Positions 53,871 to 64,000 of a DNA stretch of 64,000 nucleotides are shown here, piece after piece. Under the pieces are notes generated by a model. The model saw only the letters and a program-made list of their open reading frames with translations. It made no database searches and was not told the origin of the DNA. The DNA is taken from assembly GCA_964016885.1 (NCBI GenBank), contig OZ024758.1, forward strand, positions 39,742,001-39,806,000, in the 5' to 3' direction. Position 1 is the stretch's first letter. Each line of letters starts with the position of its first letter. The stretch is from Eledone cirrhosa. Its lineage: Eukaryota. Both the position numbers and the translations under genes were made by a program.

Positions 53871-56011
53871 AACGTTTAACGTCCGTGTTCCACGCTTGCA
53901 TGGGTTTGGACGGGGGTAGTCCCACTTGAGGCAAGAGTGATTGTCTTGCTCGCATAGGACTGTCTGGCAGGTTTTCTACAGTTGGATGCCCTTCCTAACA
54001 CCAACCACATTTACAGTGTGGGTCTGGGAGGTTTTTACCGTGTTGCCTACACGGCCACATTACAGCGTGGACTGTGTGTTTTTTTGTCGTGACACCTACA
54101 CGATCTCATTTGTTTCGGCCTGGATGGCGCGGCACCAACATAACTTTACATAGAACGGGGTGGTGTGGATGGGGTGGGGGTGGGGGTGGTGGGACGGGGT
54201 GTATTTTGTTAGAGATGCCTACTGGCTGGAGTAGGTTTTACTATATATTTAGGTAAGGCGGGTCTTCTCTGTTACTGAGTACCGCCAAAGGTCTCGGTCC
54301 AGTGACATTGTCTTGGAGAGGTGTAAGTGTGTGATGTCGGAGTTTATCAGCTCGTCCCAGGTTTTTCTAGGTCTGCCTATTCCGTGACTACCGTCTATCT
54401 TTATTGCCCTGCACTTTGTTATACAGCTATCGACTTTCATGCGCATCACGTGTCCATACCAACGTAGCCTTCTCTCGAGTAAACAACATCTGATCCCTCT
54501 TATCTCTAATTTTTTCCTTAGTTCGTTTATGCTTTGCCGTTCGAGTATATTACTGTTACACATCCAGCGGAGCATGCAAGCTTTGTTCCTCTCTAGTCTG
54601 CGTATATCCTCTGCACACAATGCCCAGGTCTCACTGCCATGCAACATTGCTGTTCGTATGCAGGCATCGTACAACCTGCCTTTCATTTTTAGGGAGAACC
54701 CTTTAGCAGCTAATAGTGGTATAAGCTCTCTGAACTTTTTCCAACCAGTTCTGACTCTAGCTACAGTACTTTCAGAGCACCCTCCCCCACTGCTGATTTT
54801 ATCGCCCAGGTAACGGAAGCTGTCCACTATTTCTATAGAACCCTCTGCGCAATTGAAAGAGCTAGTATTTTGTGGGCACTTGCTGCTACTTATTGCACCA
54901 GAACACCGGCCACATGTAAAATCTATGTTCTTAGTTAGCTTACCTGTGATCCCACTACATCTTTTATGCACCCATACTTTGCATTTAGGACATAAAATGG
55001 AGTTTCTACCTACGCCTTTCCTACACACCGAGCACGACCATTTCCAGAAGGGACCGCCGCCTTGTTTTCTTTCCTACAAACTAGAACTTTGGTCTTAGCC
55101 AGGTTAATTTTAAGTCTTTTTGACTCTAGGCCGTGCTTCCATGTTTGGAATTTCTTCTCTAGCTCGGCCATTGATTCTGCTATGAGTGTCAGGTCGTCTG
55201 CGTATAGGAGTTCCCATGGGCAGCCTGTCTTGAACTCCTCTGTTATAGCCTGAAGGGCAATAATAAATAGTAGGGGGCTGAGAACAGAGCCCTGATGGAC
55301 GCCAACTTTTACGCTAAACTCTTCACTATATTCGTTGTTAATTCTAACCTTGCTGACTGTTTCTTTATACATGGCTTGTATAGCCCTCACAAGCCATTCG
55401 TCAACGCCTAGTTTTCTAAGAGCCCACCAGATAATGGAGCGGGGGACTCTGTCGAAGGCTTTCTCCAAGTCGACAAAAGCTAAGTAGAGCGGTTTACCTT
55501 TAGCTAGGTACTTCTCCTGTAGTTGTCGTACTATGAAAAGAGCGTCTGTAGTACCTTTGCCTGACACAAACCCGAACTGCATTTCATCTAGGTCAATTCT
55601 CTCTCTGATTAGTTGCGCTATTACTTTTTCCGTGACCTTCATGACCTGGTCGATTAATTTAATGCCTCTATAGTTACTCCTATCTAGGGCGTCTCCTTTA
55701 TCCTTATAACAGTTAACGATGATGCTGCTATGCCAGTCCTTCGGAACAACCCCATTCTGTACGACTTGGTTAACTATGCAGGTGACCATGGTGTGTCCCA
55801 CCGTGCCAGATGCCTTCAGCATCTCAGCAACTATTTCCGAAGGCCCAGCCGCCTTACCCGTCTTCATATCCTTGATTGCCTTACTTATTATACTCCCCTC
55901 GACTAACACTGCTGGTCCCTCTATTGGGTCGATATGGGGGAGACTGTCTTTCTCCCATTTATTCTCCTCATTTAGTAGCCTTTCATAGTGACACTTCCAA
56001 GCTACCTTCAT
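53847..56011 (-). mobile_element. 5'-truncated RTE-clade LINE (RT + PHD-like finger + C-terminus + 3'UTR + (GAT)n)
   Basis: NYRGIKL, QFGF, FVDLEKAFDRV, GVHQGSVLSPLLF, LLYADD, KTKV, FRYLG, RRLRWYGHVMRM, GRPRKTW; one frameshift near 55045; 5' end abuts (TA)n. Confidence 0.95.
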
Positions 56012-56146
56012 ATATATATATATTTCTCACTCTTAGTGCGGCTGTTACTTAAATATAAGTATGTATACGTACATACATATATGTATACAGGCGTACAGTA
56101 GTATGTATATATATATACATACATGCACACATATATATATGTACGT

Positions 56147-59100
56147 ATGGCACTCAATGACAATGTCACAGATAAAGACAAATTCACCTCCTGCTGCAAG
56201 ACGAGAATACAAGGACCCCTCTTTATTTCAGACACAGATGACCAACAAAATCCCGTCTCCCACACCCCTCCCTGTCCCTCCAACCCATCCATCCCACCCT
56301 CCCAACTTCAGAGTTGGTACCATGAACGTAGGCACATTGAAAGGTCGCTCAAATGAGGTTGTAGAGATGCTTGAACGTAAAGAAGTTGATGTTTGTTGTA
56401 TTCAAGAGGCTAGGTGAGGAGGGGGATCTGCCAGATTCATCGTGGGTAAAGAACGATGCTATAAACTTTTCTGGGTGGGAAATGACAACAGACAGGGTAG
56501 TGTAGGAATTATGTTAGCTGAAAAATGGGTAGATAAGGTAATGACGTAAATATAGTGAATGACAGAATAATTGAATTAAGACTAGTTCTAAATAGAATTA
56601 CTGTGACAATAATATCTCCTTATGCACCCCAATCTGGTCTACCTGATGTTATAAAGGACAGGTTCTATTAGATGCTAATGCACACTACCTCCCAAATAAC
56701 CGAAAGTGACTACTTAATTATTGCTAGCGATCTAAACAGTCACGTTGGACAACATAGTGATGGCTATGATGGAATCCATGGAGGCTATGGGATTGGAAAT
56801 AGAAATGAGGAGGGTTTCAGAATCCTAGAATTCAGTGATGCAAATAGCCTAACTATATGTAACACAAACTTAAAAAAACGTGAATACCATTTAATCACCT
56901 ATAGATCAGGGGAACACGCCAGCCAGATAGATTATATCCTTACTAGAAGACGGGACAAAATGTCTGTTGTAAACTCTAAATCCCTCCCCCGTGAAGAATG
57001 CACCTCGCAACATCGCTTAGTAGTTAGTGACCTCATAGACAGGAATAGACGTACTCGACGACAGAGGAGGCCTACCTTGAGGAGAAGAATATGGAAGTTG
57101 AAGGACCCCATAGCCAGTGACAAATTTAAAAGCTTATTATTTGTTGCCTTTGACAATAAGGAAGAGCAATTAGAGACGTGCAATAGAGAGGAACAGTGGC
57201 AATTCTTGAAAGTGAACCTGCTGAAAGCAACGGATGAAATCTGTGGCTGGAGTAGACCTATTGGCAGGAGGAGAGTAACTTGGTGGTGGAACAGTGAGGT
57301 GGAAGAGACAATCAAGGCCAAAAAGCAGGCTTGGAAAGAATGGCAGGACGGGGGAAGTAGAGAGCACTATCAAGTGGCCAGGAGAGAAGCTAGGAGACAA
57401 GTGTACCTTGCAAAAAGGGTAGCAGAGGATAGAAAGTTCAAGCATGTTCTGCAACGTGAGGACCAAAAACGTGAGGTGTTCAGGATTGCTAGACAATGTG
57501 TCAAGGAAAACCGTGATATTGTCGGGGAGAAGTGTGTCCGTAATGATAATGGTGTACTTGCGCTCACTGATACTGATAAGCCTGGAAGTGGCACTACGAG
57601 AGACTATTAAATGAGAAGAATAAATGGGAAAAAGATAGTCTGCCCCAAATCGATCCAATGGTGCAAGGTAAAGGTAGTATAATAAGTAAGGCAATCAAAG
57701 ATATGAAGACAGGCAAGGCAGCTGGGCCTTCGGAGGTAGTTGCTAAGATGTTGAAGGCATCTGGTATGGCGGGACACACTATGGTCACCCGTATAGTTAA
57801 CCAAGTAATACAGAATGGGGTCATACCGAAAGACTGGCGTAGCAGCATCATCATTAACTGCTACAAGGGTAAAGGGGATGCTCTAGATAGGGGAAACTAT
57901 AGAGGCATTAAGTTAGTTGACCAGGTCATGAAGGTCACAGAAAGAGTAATAGCGCAACTAATCAGAGAGCGAATTGATCTAGATGAAATGCAGTTTGGGT
58001 TTGTGTCAGGTAAAAGTACCACAGACGCTCTTTTCCTTGTACGACAACTACAAGAGAAGTACCTAGCTAAAAGAAAACCCCTCTACTTAGCTTTTGTAGA
58101 CCTGGAGAAAGCTTTTGACAGAGTCCCCCGCTCCATTATCTGGTGGGCTCTTAGAAAACTAGATGTAGATGAATGGCTGGTGAGAGCTATACAAGCTATG
58201 TATAATGAAACAGTCAGTAAGGTTAGCATTAACAATGAATATTGTGAAGAATTTAGTGTAAAAGTTGGCGTTCATCAAGGCTCTGTCCTTAGCCCCCTCT
58301 TATTTATTATTGCCCTTCAGGCTATAACAGAGGAGTTCAAGACCCGCTGCCCATGGGAACTCCTATACGCATATGATCTAACGCTCATAGTTGAATCAAT
58401 GGCTGAACTAGAGAAGAAATTCGAAACATGGAAGCATGGCCTAGAATCAAAAGGCCATAAAGTTAACTTGTCTAAGACTAAAGTTCTAGTTTGTAGAAAG
58501 GAAAATAGGGCACAGGTGCCCTCAAGGAAATGGCCATGCTCAGTGTGTAGGAAAGGAGTAGGCAGAAATTCCATTTTATGTCCCAAATGCAAAGTATGGG
58601 TGCATAAAAGATGTAGTGGGATCACAGGTAAACTATCTAAGAACGTAGACTTTATATGTGGCCAATGCTCAGGTGCAATAAGTAGCAAGTGTCCAAAGGA
58701 TACTAGCTCCTTCCATTGCCCAGATGGTTCTATAGAAAAAGCAGACACTTTCCGTTACCTGAGTGACGAAATCAACAGTGGTGGAGGGTGTTCTGAAAGT
58801 ACAGTAGCCAGAGTCAGAACGGGATGGAAAAAGTTCAGAGCGCTTATACTGCTGTTGGCCACAAAAGGTTTCTCTCTAAAAATGAAAGGCAGATTGTATG
58901 ATGCCTGTATACAAACAGCAATGCTACATGGCAGTGAGGCATGGGCATTACCTGCAGAGGACCTGTGTAGGCTGGAAAGGAACGAAGCATGCATGCTCCG
59001 TTGGATGTGTAATAGTAATATACGTGAACGGCAAAGCATAAATGAACTAAGTTAGAAATTAGGAATAAGAGGGATCAGATGCTGTTTACTTGAGAGAAGA

Positions 59101-59688
59101 CTACATTGGTATGGCCATGTGATGCGCATGAAAGACGACAGTTGTATAAAAAAGTGCAGGGCGATCAAAATTGATGGTAGTTACGGAGTAGGTAGACCCA
59201 GAAAAACCTGGGATGATCTGATAAATTCTGACCTCACACACTTACATCTCTCTAAGACAATGTCTCTGGACTGAGATCTTTGGTGCTATGCAGTAATACA
59301 GAAGACCCGCCTTGCCTATGTACAAAGCGAAACCTACAGTCAGTAGGCACCTCTTAACCAAATATACATCCCAATAAACTACCCCTACCTTATCCTCCCA
59401 CTCCCACCAACAGCATGAGAAAATGAAATCGAGTTCGTGTAGGTGTCACGGAAAAAAAAACACACACAGTCCACGCTGTAATGTGGTCGTGTAGGTAACA
59501 CGGTAAAAAGTTCCCAGTTCCACACTGTAAATGTGGTTGGTGTTAGGAAGGGCATCCAGCCGTAGAAAACCTGCCAGATAGTTCTATATGAGTGAGACAC
59601 GGTCACCCGACCAGCCTTGCCTCAACTCCCGTCTAACCCATGCTAGCGTGGGAAATGGACGTTAAACGAAGATGATGATGATGATGAT
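56147..59688 (+). mobile_element. Near full-length decayed RTE-clade LINE (APE endonuclease + RT + PHD-like finger), (GAT)n tail
   Basis: APE motifs GTMNVGTL, DVCCIQE, YAPQ, SDLNSHVG, SQIDYIL, SQHRLV; RT motifs as in the minus copy but YADD has become YAYD; stops at about 56415, 56669 and 59053 plus frameshifts; start approximate. Confidence 0.95.
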
Positions 59689-60155
59689 ATATATAGGAAA
59701 ATGTATGACCCCGACAGTAGAGCTCAAGCCGTTTCGACGGCTATTTCTGGACTAAATTAGAATTTTTAGCCTGGTAAATAAATAGCCGAACTTTTCAAGG
59801 GGTACTTCCTTATATGGGAAGATTGTAGCTGTCAAGAGGATTGGTCAAAAATTCCTGGTAAACACAATTAAGTCTATCATGGCAGTGGGTGGGAGGTGGG
59901 GATGGCTGAACTTGCCTGTAGAGCAATGAGGGAGTGGTGGAGCCGGTCAAGCGTTGAAAGTGAAATCTAAACAGCAAATTCTAAGGATTGTGTATGAAAG
60001 TAGGCCAACTTTCATACTTTCCACCATGGCGATTGGACTGCATACCCTGCTTTCCAGGTTACTCTTTGCCACTGATATATATATATTTATATATTGAGTA
60101 CTCTGGTGCATTATGGTCCTTCTGGTTCCTTACCACACCTCCTTTGTTATATATA

Positions 60156-60558
60156 TACAACGGCGGCAAAGATTGGAAACCGAATCTGAGCTTTCCCGCC
60201 TCTGGGACAAGCCGTGGTAAGTTGTTTACGCTCAAGAGACTAACCCCTTGGGAGAGGCTAAACACAGGTCAGAGGTGTTTACGCCTGACAGAAAAGGTCA
60301 GAGAATATATCCATCTTTCTGAGTTGTTTACGCTTGGCAAACTAATCCCTTGGGAGACTCTAACCAAAGTTCAGAGGATATATCTATCCTTCTAACTTCA
60401 ACTCTTATAAATACAGGGGTTGTTTACGCCCCGACAGAAAAGAAGTGATATACAGACAACACAAGTGGCCTTTACAAGCTCTCGTCACGAAATACACCAG
60501 TCCGTCACTAATTTCCTCTCCTGCCTGGCTGATCGATACAACCACATATTCCGTTACA
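60156..60558 (+). mobile_element. 5' LTR of Gypsy element
   Basis: Ends CCGTTACA directly before the PBS; degenerate complementary start TACAACGG next to (TA)n; four internal TGTTTACGC motifs; TATAAATA at about 60407; partial second copy from about 63722. The start is uncertain. Confidence 0.75.
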
Positions 60559-60560
60559 AC

Positions 60561-60571
60561 TGGTGACCCCG
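60561..60571 (+). promoter_or_regulatory. Primer-binding site, tRNA-Trp type
   Basis: TGGTGACCCCG, 2 nt after the LTR end, complementary to the metazoan tRNA-Trp 3' end CGGGGTCACCA. Confidence 0.8.
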
Positions 60572-60610
60572 TAAAACAGACACACAACTTCTGATCATCC
60601 ACTACAAACG

Positions 60611-60742
60611 ATGTCTCTAGCACACGACGATTCATCTACGGCAGAAATGGCAGTGAGGGCGGCATTTACATTAAGAATTCCACCATTCTGGGTGCACGAT
60701 CTAACACTGTGGTTCGCGCACATCCAAGCGCAGTTCGCATAA
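60611..60742 (+). pseudogene. gag: Truncated Gypsy gag N-terminus
   Basis: [43 protein letters not shown] matches the (K/R)LPPFW....LWF...EAQF gag N-terminal motif. Confidence 0.75.
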
Positions 60743-63200
60743 TAACACACGGCCCACCTGTCGCTGCACGACCTAGAAGGCTACCACCAGACCGGCTGAA
60801 GTCCGTCAAACAAGAATTTCAGCACATGCTGGATCTCGGCATCATACGTCCGTCCAGCAGCAACTGGTCCTCACCCATACACTGTGTACCCAAGAAGTCG
60901 TCGAACGACTGGCGAATCTGTGGCGACTACCGTGCACTGAACAACTGCACCGTTCCTAACTCTTATCCAGTGCCTCATCTACAGGACTTCTCTAGCTCGC
61001 TGCACGGGGCTCGCATATTTTCGAAGATCGATCTTGTGCGAGCTTACAATCAGATACCCGTTGAGCCCGCAGATATTCCAAAGACCGCCGTCACAACACC
61101 CTTTGGAATGTTCGAATTTCTGCGTATGCCTTTCGGTTTGCGAAATGCAGCGCAGACATTCCAGCGATTCATCGATACAGTCACCAGGGGTCTACCTTTT
61201 GTATACGCATACATTGACGACTTACTGGTGGCCAGCAGCTCCGATGAAGCACATGAGAAACACCTGGATCTCCTATTCACACGTTTGCGTGAATATGGAA
61301 TTGTTATCAACCCCAGCAAATGTGAGTTCGGAGTTGCGTCCCTTCATTTTCTGGGACACATCATTGACAAAGATGGTATTCGCCCACTTAAGGAGAAATT
61401 CAAATCCATCATTGATTTTCCACAACCTATATCTCTCCGCAAACTGCGAGAATTTCTTGGCCTGGTAAACTTCTACAGAAGATGTATACCCCACTGTGCA
61501 GAGACAGCCCAACCAGTCACAGATTTGCTGCGGCAGCGTACAACCAAAAACGCAAACATCAAGCTCAGCGAAAAAGAATATACCGGTTTCGCTGAGTTGA
61601 AGAAAATGTTGTCCGAGGCTACAATGCTGAGTTACCCCAAACCTGACGCCCCAATGTGTTTATTGACTGATGCATCCGATTTCGGAGTTGGAGGTGTGCT
61701 TCAACAACTCTCTGGCGATATTTGGCGACCTGTATCTTTTTTCTCTAAGCAATTAAAACCCGCCGAAACTAAGTATAGCACATTTAGTCGTGAATTATTG
61801 GCAGCATACCTTGCTGTCAAGCATTTTCGACACATGCTAAAAGGTCGTGTGTTCTCTATATACACCGACCACAAACCACTAGTGTACGCGTTCAATGCCA
61901 AGCCTGACCGACACTCACCCAGGGAGGTCCGACATCTGGACTTCATTTCTCAGTACACTACTGATATTCGGTACATTAAGGGTGCCACCAACTCAGCAGC
62001 TTATGCCCTATCGCGCATGGAGCTTAACGCAATCCACACCACTGCCACTATCGACCACCAGAAGATTGCAGCGGATCAACAGAATGACGAGGAACTGCTG
62101 CAACTCCGGAAATCATCCTTGAAATTGAAGGAATGCCTGCTGCCCTCTTCTTCGGGTTATATTTGGTGTGACATCTCCACAGGCCGCGAGCGCCCATACG
62201 TGCCCCGGAAACATCGACGCGACGTTTTCTCGACACTGCATGCTCTGGTACATCCTGGCGTCCGCGCCACGCAGAAACTGATGGTTGCCCGCTTTGTGTG
62301 GCCCAACATCAACAAGGACACCCGCGAATGGGCTAGGAACTGCATCGCGTGCCAGAAGGCGAAAATTCACCGGCACATCAAAGCCCCGATCGCAACACCT
62401 GATGCACGGTTCCAACATGTGCATATAGACATAGTTGGACCTTTGCCTCCTTCTCAAAACTACACTCATCTTCTCACCTGTGTCGACCGATTTTCTCGCT
62501 GGCCAGAAGCTTTTCCCCTGACGGATATTACTGCGGAAACTGTCGCCAAAACGTTAGTGTTTCACTGGGTTTCACGTTTCGGCACACCCGCGACCATCAC
62601 TACGGATAGAGGACGTCAGTTCGATTCGAATCTATTTACCGAGCTGACTCGTCTCCTCGGGTGCAAACACATCCGTACAACAGCGTATCACCCTGCCGCT
62701 AACGGCATGGTAGAACGCTTACACCGCCAGCTAAAGTCATCTATCAAGGCTTACGAAGACTCCACTAACTGGTTCGAATACCTCCCACTCATTCTTCTTG
62801 GTATTCGTTCCACTGTTAAAGAGGGAGTCGAACATTCTCCGGTTGAAATGGTGTATGGCACCGTACTCACTCTACCCGGACAAATGATCACTCCTGTTTC
62901 GCCACAAGAACTTCCAGACCCTACAAAATATGTGCACCGTTTACGGTCATCAATGTCGCATCTGTCTCCTTCAGCCCCTAAACAGCACGTTACTTCACAC
63001 ATACCAAAAGACATCGATACATGGACGCATGTTTTCGTTAGAAATGACGGTATTCCATCGCAACTTCGTCCGCCGTATTCCGTCCGGGCCCTACAAGGTG
63101 ATACAGAAATGCCCTAAGTATTTCGTCCTCGACTTGAACGGGAAGCGAAATACCGTCTCCATTGATCGTTTAAAAAAAGCGTTCATAGAACAGGAATTGC
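60739..63200 (+). pseudogene. pol: Ty3/Gypsy pol: RT - RNase H - integrase (protease missing, frameshift at GPY motif)
   Basis: [82 protein letters not shown]...[22 protein letters not shown]; GPY...VSIDRLK continues in another frame after about 63085. Confidence 0.95.
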
Positions 63201-63721
63201 CACCAGTACCCACCGTTTCTACAGCAGACTCACCAACAATTTTGCCCGACACAAACACGGAAAATTCTGCACACCAAATCCGGAAGAACAGTCCGATGGC
63301 CCACGCCATGGGATACGTACAAGTTTATCGGGTAAGTACAAATTATGCATCTGGTCGACATTTTGGCTAATTTGTACATTTCAACGAATCGGCCAATTTC
63401 TGTGGTCATGAACTATTGCTACACACAAATCAATTAACTCTGTGCATCACCCACATCAAAAGAACAGACAAAAGAACATTTTTCTGTTTCTATGAAATGA
63501 ACAAACTTTTAATCAACAAACTTTTCGTACGAACATTTTCAATATTATGTAACATCACAGTACATTTTCCTGAATGTAAATTTCTTTTGCTTTGCATGTT
63601 TTCTTCCATGTCTCCTGTTTGTAAATGACTTTCGTGTGTTTTTTTATTTTTACTGATTTTCTTCAACAACACACCTAGTCATACCTATCTTTATTTCACA
63701 TGCACCTAGATCGTTCAATCT

Positions 63722-64000
63722 TAACTTGTTTACGCTCAAGAGACTAATCCCTTGGGAGAGGCTAAACGCAGATCAGAGGTGTTTACGCCTGACAGAAAAT
63801 AGGTCAGAGGATATATCCATCTTTATGACTTGTTTACGCTTGTCAAACTAATCCCTTGGGAGACTAACCAAAGTTTAGAGGATATATCTATCCTTCTAAA
63901 TTCTACTCTTATAAAGACAGGGATTGTTTACGCCAAAAACAGAAAAGAAGTGGGATACAGACAAGACAAGACGTTTTACAAGCTCTCGTCACGAAAAACC
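63722..64000 (+). mobile_element. Partial second LTR copy (3' LTR or related LTR), runs off the window
   Basis: Colinear with about 60218-60495 with numerous substitutions and small indels. Confidence 0.8.

Noticed and set aside
59705-59746. TGACCCCGAC (PBS-like) and hairpin AGCCGT-TTCG-ACGGCT
   Set aside because: Lacks the TGG start and an upstream LTR end; too short to support a call.
54439-63309. Antisense and alternate-frame ORFs overlapping RTE and Gypsy coding regions
   Set aside because: Shadow ORFs of the TE genes with no independent motifs.

Overview
Eukaryotic, repeat-only window with no recognisable host gene. The SINE and (GAT)n-tailed RTE families and the abundant (TA)n suggest a mollusc, probably an octopod cephalopod (inference). 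About 73% of the window (5977-52504) is one uninterrupted 54-bp satellite of roughly 860-870 monomers, with nested higher-order duplications and position-restricted variants. The many ORFs reported there are by-products of an 18-codon monomer. The left flank holds (TA)n, a 341-bp near-perfect palindrome with a type I hammerhead ribozyme in each arm, a second unrelated hammerhead, a Penelope-like GIY-YIG fragment with a 5' inversion, an RTE/RTEX 3' fragment with ten in-frame 96-bp repeats, a tRNA-SINE with TSD, an RTE 3'UTR with six 112-bp repeats, and an orphan histone-type 3' stem-loop just outside the satellite. The right flank holds an internally deleted Helitron, a second SINE copy, two divergently oriented RTE LINEs whose RT contains a PHD-type finger, and a Gypsy LTR element lacking most of gag and the protease.
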